A stretch of 64,000 nt of DNA from Gammaproteobacteria bacterium. GTDB taxonomy: Bacteria; Pseudomonadota; Gammaproteobacteria; Eutrophobiales; Eutrophobiaceae. Location of the stretch: NCBI GenBank assembly GCA_965243205.1, contig CBDEUK010000002.1, positions 1,408,001 to 1,472,000 on the forward strand, given 5' to 3'. Each line of letters opens with the position of its first letter. Within the stretch, counting starts at the first letter, position 1. Below are positions 42,632 through 50,524 of this stretch, piece by piece. The notes beneath the pieces are model-generated. The model did not search any database and was not told the origin of the DNA. It saw only the letters and a program-made list of their open reading frames with translations. The position numbers were made by a program, and so were the translations under genes.

Positions 42632-43192
42632 ATGAATCTTCTAAAAACCTTATTTATATTATCTTTAATATCACTCTGTTCTTGTGTAGATACTAAAACT
42701 GTTAAAAACTACTCTATTAATGAAGACATAACAATTAATGAAAACGAAGGCTTAATAGTTGTAGAAATTGATTCTAATGATCATCGAACTAGATCACTTA
42801 TCTATCAAAATGAATGGGGTTCAGGAACCAATAACCCATTCGGCGCAGCACTTATATCATTAGAAGGAACTGTTGGTGACGATAGATTTAGGATATTTAA
42901 AGTAAGCCCAATCGAAGGAGGATTAAAGTTACAATTTTTTCTAACTTCAGATGGAGCAACATATTATGCTAAAGAGCAAGAGTATAAATTTGATTTCATG
43001 CCAGGAGAAATCACATATATAGGACATATTCGTATAAGTTGGGATTTTGTTAATCAAACAATTAATACATACGTAACAGATAAAGAAAAAGAAATACTAG
43101 AAGAGATAGAAATCAGATATCCATCCTTATTACGAAAATATAAATTTAATAACATGGTTGATGCTTCCATTAAATCCCTCGAAGATAGGTAA
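42632..43192 (+). CDS. Hypothetical lipoprotein
   Basis: Lipobox LCSC; PGEITYIGHI motif. Confidence 0.75.
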   Translation: MNLLKTLFILSLISLCSCVDTKTVKNYSINEDITINENEGLIVVEIDSNDHRTRSLIYQNEWGSGTNNPFGAALISLEGTVGDDRFRIFKVSPIEGGLKLQFFLTSDGATYYAKEQEYKFDFMPGEITYIGHIRISWDFVNQTINTYVTDKEKEILEEIEIRYPSLLRKYKFNNMVDASIKSLEDR

Positions 43193-43227
43193 CTATCTCT
43201 TATTTATTTTATATATGTGCTCCAACC

Positions 43228-43285
43228 ATATAACAAGTAAATTCATCCGACCGCTGGCTCAGCCGGCTAAATTCAAACGTTAAGG
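43228..43285 (+). mobile_element. attC-like (59-base element) recombination site
   Basis: 58 bp: R'' ATATAAC, AAGTA spacer, inner imperfect inverted repeat AATTCATCCG...CGGCTAAATT, CAAAC, R' GTTAAGG. Confidence 0.65.
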
Positions 43286-43297
43286 ATCATAAGACTC

Positions 43298-43684
43298 ATG
43301 GATCAATATTCATATCAAGAAACCAAGGATGATGTGATCTCATTAATGAATGAGACTATCGAGCATGGAGGTTCAATATGTGATGGTTTGGGGCGTGCTG
43401 AAGTTGAGTACTGGCTTGGGCCACTAGAGATAAATGAATCCGAACCAACTCCATATAACCTTAAATTGTTGGCCGCAGTTTCAATTGGCAGCTTGAGGCA
43501 GGAAAATAGCTTGGAAATAGATGATCTTTATCAAGTTGTTGAGAATCTCCTCGTAAATATGGAAGCACCCGATGTTGCAGCTATAGCGCCTGATTCAATA
43601 AATCAGCTTGTTTGTGAAACATCAAAAGCTTTCGGAGAAAGTCTCGCAAATAAAGTTAAGTCAGTAGTGACAATCAATGCTTAA
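43298..43684 (+). CDS. Hypothetical acidic protein in an integron-type gene cassette
   Basis: Starts 13 bp after GTTAAGG; its stop lies inside GCTTAAC (R'' of a truncated downstream attC). Confidence 0.72.
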   Translation: MDQYSYQETKDDVISLMNETIEHGGSICDGLGRAEVEYWLGPLEINESEPTPYNLKLLAAVSIGSLRQENSLEIDDLYQVVENLLVNMEAPDVAAIAPDSINQLVCETSKAFGESLANKVKSVVTINA

Positions 43685-43725
43685 CAAATCATTCCGCATG
43701 ACAAATTAAAAAGTAGATCTAATAA

Positions 43726-44388
43726 ATGAAGTTAAAAAATATATTATCTAATACAAAGAATGCCTTTTTCCTACCATTAATTCTCATAACTTTATCTAGC
43801 TGTGGTGGTGTTGATCAATATAGAGATAACCTAGTTAAAGTCACGGCTCCTAGTTATTTCGTATTAGAAAAACATCTTGAGTATACGTTTGATATTGAAA
43901 ATGTTTTTGGACAAGAAGTAGTACGAATAGTTAAATTCAAAAGAGGTAGATATACAGCTTTCTCTGAAAATGAAAATGGGACTTACTATACTACTGAAGA
44001 TGGTGATTATAATTTCTTAAATATTATTAAAGTTGAAGGAGAAGTATTCGGTCACCCTGATACAGGTTTCCATATGGGTGGGTTATGGATTACGAAAGAA
44101 CAAAATCCAAAGGCATTTCCATATCTTATCAATGGAGGCACTAAATCCATTGAGGAAGGTTTAAACTATTTTAATAATAGTAATCTTGAAGTTCCTAGAA
44201 TAGAAGAAAATGGTTATGTATATAAAGACCATATACCGAGTATGGGTACTGATGAACTAATATTACATAATGCTGCTTCAAGCACAGTAGTAGGATATCT
44301 TGCAACTATGGACATTGGAAAGCCAACATTAGAATTAGAAATGCCACCAGAAGTATTTAGAAAAAATATTAAAATTATTCATCATTAA
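43726..44388 (+). CDS. Hypothetical lipoprotein
   Basis: Lipobox LSSCG; GRYTAFSENENGTYY and GGLWI motifs. Confidence 0.75.
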   Translation: MKLKNILSNTKNAFFLPLILITLSSCGGVDQYRDNLVKVTAPSYFVLEKHLEYTFDIENVFGQEVVRIVKFKRGRYTAFSENENGTYYTTEDGDYNFLNIIKVEGEVFGHPDTGFHMGGLWITKEQNPKAFPYLINGGTKSIEEGLNYFNNSNLEVPRIEENGYVYKDHIPSMGTDELILHNAASSTVVGYLATMDIGKPTLELEMPPEVFRKNIKIIHH

Positions 44389-44633
44389 CAATCATAGGCC
44401 ATCGCTTAAACTTTAATTCAGGCGGTGGCACTGTAATTACATAGACTCTTACCTCATCTCCACTTGATACTAAGAGTCCTGCTATGAATTGACCCTCTTT
44501 TAATTCAATCCAATGAGGATTCTTATCTAAGTCTCTTTCCATAAAACTATCAGCGGGGATTTTAACCTCGAAAAGCCGCTCCTGTTGTATTCCAACGAGT
44601 CTCAGTACCTTTAAGTTTAATAGCTACACACAT
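44375..44633 (-). pseudogene. Frameshifted or internally deleted remnant of a small SRAP-like family gene
   Basis: ATG 44633 gives MCVAIKLKGTETRWNTTGAAFRG*. The +1 frame continues ...EVKIPADSFMERDLDKNPHWIELKEGQFIAGLLVSSGDEVRVYVITVPPPELKFKRWPMIVNDE* (stop 44375). Confidence 0.6.
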
Positions 44634-44968
44634 TGGGAACTATTATATATAAATACCAGGAGCTGGTCCTTTTTAGAAAATGCTTATATATATCGATACT
44701 TCTATAGAGGTTTTTTGGTTTTAAAGGATAATTCATGGAGTCACCAACTGTTTGTTTGAAAACATTAAGTAACGATAAAGGAGAATAATTTCAAGCAAAC
44801 TTTAAATCAGTTATTCCTTTTTAAAAATAATATTTTTACTTCTAACACATTCTTTTAGAAAACATATCTAATCGTCATATTATTTTAATGATTATTTACT
44901 ATTATTAAATTACTCATATTCAAACAGAATATTAATTACACTTTATTTTGGAACAAAGGAAAAAAGGA

Positions 44969-45745
44969 ATGAAAATCTTTCTCACATCATTATTATTTTT
45001 GAGTCTAAATATCTGTCACGCTGCCCATATAAACGTGTTTTTTGCGGGCGGACAGTCTAATGCTAGGGCTACATGGGCTAGCGCTATTGAAAACTCTCTA
45101 GTCGACTCAGGCGTAGAAAATGTCATGATGGTTCATGATTATCATGGTGGAAACTGGCTTGGCTCTTGGTGGAATCCCTATACAAACTCACCCTCTGATA
45201 ACTATCTAAACGACTTCTTTAACCCTGCTGGAACAGGCCTTTTACAGCAAACTCTAGAGAATATTACCAATAATGGTGACACCTTTAGTTTCTCTGGATT
45301 CTTCTGGTTTCAAGGGGAGGGCGATCAAAACGGCGCTGCTCATAGAGATAGATATGTCGATAATTTCGTGGAAATGACGAACCGCCTTCAGTTTGATATC
45401 TCAGGCGAAAGTACTAGAAAATTCCCCATAGCAACCGCTTTAATCGATGTTTCTGATTATGACTTGTATTTAGAATTAGCACTTCAGTCTTACCCAGATC
45501 CCGATTTAAACGAATTAAGACAGTTTATATCCGCTTACGCTGATTCAAATCCTGATGTTGTGGCAGTTGATTCAAGAGGATTCGATAGATACGACCTGTT
45601 TCACCTATCACAAGCAGGCTCTACAACCTTTGGAACTCAGATGGGGCAGGCGTTTAGCAGTTTATTAGTGCCTATTCCTGCGGCTTTTTGGCTGTTTGTC
45701 TCGGCTTGTATTAGTTTAGTTGGACTAAGAAGAAATAGCCTTTGA
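44969..45745 (+). CDS. Sialate O-acetylesterase (SASA/SGNH) domain protein with VPLPA-CTERM signal
   Basis: AGGQSNA, FWFQGEGD, DLFH; C-terminus LVPIPAAFWLFVSACISLVGLRRN. Start MKIF at 44969. Confidence 0.85.
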   Translation: MKIFLTSLLFLSLNICHAAHINVFFAGGQSNARATWASAIENSLVDSGVENVMMVHDYHGGNWLGSWWNPYTNSPSDNYLNDFFNPAGTGLLQQTLENITNNGDTFSFSGFFWFQGEGDQNGAAHRDRYVDNFVEMTNRLQFDISGESTRKFPIATALIDVSDYDLYLELALQSYPDPDLNELRQFISAYADSNPDVVAVDSRGFDRYDLFHLSQAGSTTFGTQMGQAFSSLLVPIPAAFWLFVSACISLVGLRRNSL

Positions 45746-45760
45746 ACAAAAATTTTATGA

Positions 45761-46357
45761 TTAATGTTTTCGTTTAAAACCTAATAGACCAAGTAAGGCT
45801 GGAGTTAATAACCAAACTGCTGTAGGGATAGGGACAGATGTTGGTGTAAAGATAGCATACGAAATAGGGCCGTATCTTCCTAAATGTATAGATGAAACAT
45901 TACCCAATAAAGTAGTCCCAATAGCTTTCCATTCAGTGTATGGTGAATATACATCAGCTTCACCAAAATAAGTCCAGTGAGAAGTATAAGATGATTCAAA
46001 TGGAAGAAATGGTGAGCCGCCTAAAGTATGAGGAATGACTATAGAATGTGCTACAAACCCAGAAGAATCAGAAACAACATAAAATGGCCCAGAATTTAAA
46101 ATATCTGAAATGAAGCCAGTTGATAACAATGCTCCCGAACTATCACCTAAAAAATTAGGTGTTCTATCTAGATCTGGTATCTCACCAAATATGCTAGTAA
46201 AAGAACCTACATGAAATGTAATGTCATAAACTACATTCGAATACTCATAATTAGTGATTTTAATTACATGACCATAAGGGTTTGTAATAACAGCAGCATT
46301 AACAGAGTTCGATAAACTGAATATTCCAAGCAGAATAAATATTATTTTCTTAATCAT
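45761..46357 (-). CDS. Secreted protein with VPLPA-CTERM signal
   Basis: Start MIKKII at 46357 (ATGA overlap with the upstream gene); C-terminus SVPIPTAVWLLTPALLGLLGFKRKH. Confidence 0.85.
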   Translation of the reverse strand: MIKKIIFILLGIFSLSNSVNAAVITNPYGHVIKITNYEYSNVVYDITFHVGSFTSIFGEIPDLDRTPNFLGDSSGALLSTGFISDILNSGPFYVVSDSSGFVAHSIVIPHTLGGSPFLPFESSYTSHWTYFGEADVYSPYTEWKAIGTTLLGNVSSIHLGRYGPISYAIFTPTSVPIPTAVWLLTPALLGLLGFKRKH

Positions 46358-47061
46358 CTTTTCCTTTTTATTCCAACTAACCCAATCAAAGCAGAACCGA
46401 ATAACCATACTGCTGCGGGGGTGGGGACAACTGTGACTGAGAATGTGGGCGAATAGTCTCTATATTCTACGTCTGTAAATTTGTAACGTTTACCACCTCC
46501 ACCTAATCCAAATGTCGTAATTCTTGGTATAATCTCTTCTCGATAAGTGGTATCCATTAAAAATGAACCACCAGTATATTCTGCGAATTGAAGTAATGCT
46601 GGGAAATCGGGATTGCCATCAAAATTAAACAGGCTCAGTGGAAAGTGAAGGTTGCCTCCCCATCTAAAAGTTGATTCACCAATATCTGTTCCCTGTAATA
46701 CATTTATCTGATCAACCGCTGCAACACCCTCAATAAAATCAGTAATTACAAAATCATTCCCACAGCATAAAGTGTTCCCCCCTCCTTGGTAAATATTATC
46801 GAAGTCTGAGCCAGACAATTTTAATGTCGCGCTTTTCAAATCATATTCAGTTACTTCGAAAGTTCTAAAATTTCTATAACTGTGATCAGAATCATCAATG
46901 ATATACGTAGCATGATAATTAGCTCCATTAAGACTCCATACATAGTCTAAATTGGATTCGGTGGTTTCTGTTAACGTTCCTAAGATTTCAATCTTATATA
47001 TAGCTGATTGAGCTACGTTTGAAGACAACAGTATAAAAAATGTTATTAATATTTTATTCAT
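46354..47061 (-). CDS. Secreted protein with VPLPA-CTERM signal
   Basis: Signal peptide AQS-A; C-terminus VVPTPAAVWLFGSALIGLVGIKRKR. Confidence 0.85.
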   Translation of the reverse strand: MNKILITFFILLSSNVAQSAIYKIEILGTLTETTESNLDYVWSLNGANYHATYIIDDSDHSYRNFRTFEVTEYDLKSATLKLSGSDFDNIYQGGGNTLCCGNDFVITDFIEGVAAVDQINVLQGTDIGESTFRWGGNLHFPLSLFNFDGNPDFPALLQFAEYTGGSFLMDTTYREEIIPRITTFGLGGGGKRYKFTDVEYRDYSPTFSVTVVPTPAAVWLFGSALIGLVGIKRKR

Positions 47062-47073
47062 TTCTATTTTCTT

Positions 47074-47835
47074 CTAGTGGAGCTTACGACTTTTGAAAAC
47101 TAATCCAATTAAAGCTGATCCAAATAACCATATAGCTGCCGGAATTGGTACTGGCTGAGGCAAACTTATAAAAGATAAAGCATCATCACCAATCGAATAA
47201 TTAAAGAAATCCCATTCACTACTCGACAATGGGTTATTAGAAAAGCTTTGCCATCCAGATAGATCGAAAGTTCGGGCAGCAAGTTCATATGGTATATCAA
47301 ATATTAAATCTGTATTTGCGTAGACTTGTATATTTTCACGCCGATTTTTAAATATCGTATAGGTATGAAAATCTGATGTATCGAAAGGACTAACTATATC
47401 AGTTCTATCAGGAGAAGAGCCTGCTCTTAACATAAGTTCACCGTTACGTAAGAACAAGAGTAAGTTTCCACTGTCTTTGCCCCCATTCCCCCATCTAAGT
47501 TGTATAACTCCTCCAGGAGATAGTCCTTGGATAGGTAAAATAGCATTAGGAATTCTTGCTCTAAATTGAAATATTGCTAAATCTGAACTAAAGAACGGAT
47601 CATTTCTAACATTTGTAATAGAACCAGTAATCTCTTGAACTGACATTTTTAATATCCCGTTTTCAATTGCTCTGGTATCAGTTCGACTATCGTTATAATT
47701 AAAGGGCTGAGAAGATACATTAGGTAACACACTACCATCATATTCCACAAAGAGAGTGGCAGCCTTAATATTAAATTGAATTGAAAGAAGAGCTAAAAAA
47801 AGAGAAAAGCGAGAAATTGAATTTATATTTAGCAT
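47074..47835 (-). CDS. Secreted beta-sandwich (lectin/ConA-like) protein with VPLPA-CTERM signal
   Basis: Signal peptide, DFHTYTI motif; C-terminus PVPIPAAIWLFGSALIGLVFKSRKLH. Confidence 0.83.
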   Translation of the reverse strand: MLNINSISRFSLFLALLSIQFNIKAATLFVEYDGSVLPNVSSQPFNYNDSRTDTRAIENGILKMSVQEITGSITNVRNDPFFSSDLAIFQFRARIPNAILPIQGLSPGGVIQLRWGNGGKDSGNLLLFLRNGELMLRAGSSPDRTDIVSPFDTSDFHTYTIFKNRRENIQVYANTDLIFDIPYELAARTFDLSGWQSFSNNPLSSSEWDFFNYSIGDDALSFISLPQPVPIPAAIWLFGSALIGLVFKSRKLH

Positions 47836-47984
47836 TGTTTTATCCTTCCATGAACGAAGTACAAATATTTTAACAAATTTAAATTACCGAGCTATTACAA
47901 GCACAAGTATATTCTATTGGAGATTTAGCTTATATATTATTTTTTCCCTCATCTGCTCCCAAAGTATGAATGACATTTCTTATT

Positions 47985-48013
47985 CTGTAATTAATTTTTA
48001 ATACAAATGTAAC
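47985..48013 (+). promoter_or_regulatory. Pho-box-like 11-bp-periodic direct repeats
   Basis: CTGTAAT-TAAT-TTTTAAT-ACAA-ATGTAAC upstream of the PstS-like gene; AT-rich, so weak. Confidence 0.35.
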
Positions 48014-48196
48014 TCTAATCAAACTATATGGGAGTATTTTCCGTAATAGTTTTCTGTTAATTCTCTTTTGAGTTGATTTGAAAACTCACCACTTCTATTA
48101 AATAAAGAATGCTGATGTTTAGTTTGCTTATCAAGTATGTGTTGAACTGAAGGATTATTTATTTTTTTATCAATTTTTATTTAAGGATGTATAAAG

Positions 48197-49813
48197 ATGA
48201 AATTAACTTATATTACTAAAGTAGCCCCATTACTCCTGGCATATTTTTTTTCTAGTCAATCTTTTGCCTTTGATAGTAGTACTACTACCCCTGATCTTGT
48301 TATCAATATCTCAGGCTCCTCTTCTCAACAAGAACCATTGGAAGATTTAATAATTTCTTTACAGATCTGTACTGGTAACATTACACAGTATCGAGAAATT
48401 AATGATGATTTTCGTGCCTATTTTTGTACTGCTAATTCCAATACTGGTGTTGCGAGTAATACAAAAATATTGATCAATGTTCGTTCTAGTGGTGGTTCAA
48501 TCTGGGGAGTGGTTCCCATAGCGCGTGATTGGCCTGTCCAATTTATGAATATTTTTAATAGTAATTGTTCAGATACTACAGTGTATCGAAAAACCGCTTC
48601 TGGTAGTGATATGGTTAATCCTGCTGGCGATGGTATCTTTGGTTGTGAAATATTCAATCCAGCTTCTGGATTAGTAAATAATGAATGTCCTAATGGCGTT
48701 GCTTATGCAACAGACGGTTCTTCTATTGCCTATCCTGGTGGCTTGTTAACACATAAAGGCACTGGGTTTGGTGATACAGTATGTTTACCATCTCACGGTG
48801 GTGTATCTGATGTTGAAGCATCTTTGTTCTCACACCCCTCAAATTTTGCTTTCTCAGGTCAAACACCCCTATCTGATATCGAAATAAACGCATTAACTAC
48901 AGTGTCACAATATGCTGTTATTTATGGTGTCAAAATAACTGAGCATGAATATAAGTGGTTACAACAAATTCAAGGTTTGGTTGATTATACTGCCGGCGGT
49001 ACAACTCTAAATGATGATATTAAAGCAGCATCCGTAATAACAGGAACTGGTACTGTTCCAAGTTTAACCAAAGCTGAAATTGCTGCCATGTTAACCGGCC
49101 AAATGTCATTTCAACAACTTGACCCCAGAATTATTGCTGCTGATATTAATAATCCTATAAATAACAGCGGTATTTATGCCGTTTGTCGCCATAATGTTGG
49201 TTCCGGTGCTCAAGCCACAAACCAAGAGTATTTTTTACAAACTGCGTGTTCTCAAGGTGGTTTACCTATGGTTACTAATGGTCTGTCTGATGACCGAGCT
49301 CAGTGGAATGGTAATACTCTTATTGTTAAAAGGAACACTAGCTCTGCTAGAGTTGATAAATGTTTAAATGACGCTGTAAATGGCAATATTTCAGACGAAC
49401 CTGGAGTAGGCTTTAATGATGCAAGCCCAGTTGGCGCTATTGGCTTCGGCCCAATTAACCGTATTTTCGACCCAGGTAAGGATAAATGGTATTTTGTAGC
49501 CATCGATGGTGTTGAGCCTACTCGAGAGAATGCTCGCCTAGGTTTATATGATTATGTTTATGAACAGTTCTTTCATACCCTAAGCTCCTCTCCAAATAAC
49601 CCGAGTCATATTAATACTTTTCTTGATTCTTTGGCTGTTCAATCAGGTAGTCCTACTACTATTGGTACTGTACCAATTAACGGTACTTTAGCTTTAAGTG
49701 CAAATGGTTTTAATTGGGATAACAGTTTGGTTACATGGCGTGGATCACGTGGCAGCAACAGCTGTAGAGCGGTACGTTCTGCTATAGATAATCCAAATAT
49801 TTCTAATCTTTAA
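48197..49813 (+). CDS. Large Cys-rich secreted protein with PstS/DING-like motifs (possible surface protein)
   Basis: Signal peptide SFA; ISGSSSQ, GGSIWG, GVSDV, CRHNVGSGAQA, FVAIDGVEP..ENA..G.Y.Y; 10 Cys. Confidence 0.65.
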   Translation: MKLTYITKVAPLLLAYFFSSQSFAFDSSTTTPDLVINISGSSSQQEPLEDLIISLQICTGNITQYREINDDFRAYFCTANSNTGVASNTKILINVRSSGGSIWGVVPIARDWPVQFMNIFNSNCSDTTVYRKTASGSDMVNPAGDGIFGCEIFNPASGLVNNECPNGVAYATDGSSIAYPGGLLTHKGTGFGDTVCLPSHGGVSDVEASLFSHPSNFAFSGQTPLSDIEINALTTVSQYAVIYGVKITEHEYKWLQQIQGLVDYTAGGTTLNDDIKAASVITGTGTVPSLTKAEIAAMLTGQMSFQQLDPRIIAADINNPINNSGIYAVCRHNVGSGAQATNQEYFLQTACSQGGLPMVTNGLSDDRAQWNGNTLIVKRNTSSARVDKCLNDAVNGNISDEPGVGFNDASPVGAIGFGPINRIFDPGKDKWYFVAIDGVEPTRENARLGLYDYVYEQFFHTLSSSPNNPSHINTFLDSLAVQSGSPTTIGTVPINGTLALSANGFNWDNSLVTWRGSRGSNSCRAVRSAIDNPNISNL

Positions 49814-49828
49814 TGTACATATAATAGT

Positions 49829-49858
49829 TTAGCCCTCTTTAGTGGAGGGCTAATTTAT
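49829..49858 (+). terminator. Intrinsic terminator
   Basis: TTAGCCCTC-TTTAGTG-GAGGGCTAA-TTTAT. Confidence 0.7.
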
Positions 49859-50115
49859 CACTGGGAAAGCTTTAAGTGTTGTTTCCTTCGATGGATGGTT
49901 TTCTTACGTTCAAGGGCGGCTATTTTCAATATTAATTAATCTACTTATATAGTCGCTTGGTATCCTTTCTTTTTGACTATATCAATAGCTTGGGAAGCTC
50001 TCTTCCTTGATATAAACCAAGCAGACTCATATTCTTTGTTGTCAGCAGAATCATTTTCCTTATTAAATGAATTCTCATTCTTTGAATAACTGTTTTTCCA
50101 CGAAAGGAGTAAGAA

Positions 50116-50427
50116 ATGAGTCTAAATAAAATCTTTCTTTATGCTGAATACCAAGTTTCAATTCCATTTGATCAAATAGATTGGAAACCCATTAATGAAA
50201 ATATGAAGCAGTTTGATGGTTTGAAAAGCAAGACCTGGCTGAGTGGATTAAATAATAATACGGTTGGTGGTTTCTATGAATTTTCATCTCAGGATTTAGC
50301 ACAAAAATACATTGATGAATTATTGCTACCTTTTGCAGAAAAGATTAGCGGAAATCTTTCTGTAAAGTTATTTGACGGGAATGTTGTAGCAGAGGCGAGC
50401 AAGGGTATGGATTCGCCATTTTTCTAA
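50116..50427 (+). CDS. YdhR-family putative monooxygenase
   Basis: GLKSKTW...VGGFYEF...AQKY, KLFD...S...SP; AGGAG RBS. Confidence 0.75.
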   Translation: MSLNKIFLYAEYQVSIPFDQIDWKPINENMKQFDGLKSKTWLSGLNNNTVGGFYEFSSQDLAQKYIDELLLPFAEKISGNLSVKLFDGNVVAEASKGMDSPFF

Positions 50428-50473
50428 GGTTATATGGCCAGCAGAATACACAGAATGACTACCTTTTCCAAAA

Positions 50474-50496
50474 GCAATGTTATAACATAACATATT
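50474..50496. promoter_or_regulatory. Zur box
   Basis: GCAATGTTATAACATAACATATT compared with consensus GAAATGTTATA-N-TATAACATTTC; about 30 bp upstream of the COG0523 gene. Confidence 0.88.
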
Positions 50497-50524
50497 GGAT
50501 TAGAGTTTTAAAAGAGATGAGTTT

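Larger units (their letters stand above)
41092..49860. mobile_element. Integrase-less, tRNA-anchored accessory island (right boundary approximate)
   Basis: Begins at the tRNA-Ile2 3' end; visibly more AT-rich; ORFan secreted proteins, attC-like site, pseudogene. No integrase or attR repeat seen. Confidence 0.55.

Noticed and set aside
44398-44429. GCCATCGCTTAAA...TTCAGGCGGTGGC hairpin as a third attC
   Set aside because: No GTTRRRY at the proper distance, and it lies within the coding remnant on the other strand. At most a terminator-like stem.
44640-44660. LexA (SOS) box upstream of the SRAP-like remnant
   Set aside because: Only one half-site (ACCAG) is present; there is no CTG at the required 16-bp spacing.
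47836-48196. Sigma54/PrsR-type promoter typical of PEP-CTERM genes
   Set aside because: No TGGC-N-TTGC (-24/-12) motif was found upstream of the VPLPA genes here, or before 41428, 44969 or 17573.
49860-50100. Possible gene or IS remnant between the PstS-like gene and ydhR
   Set aside because: Short open stretches on the minus strand lack a start and any recognisable motif; no terminal inverted repeats.
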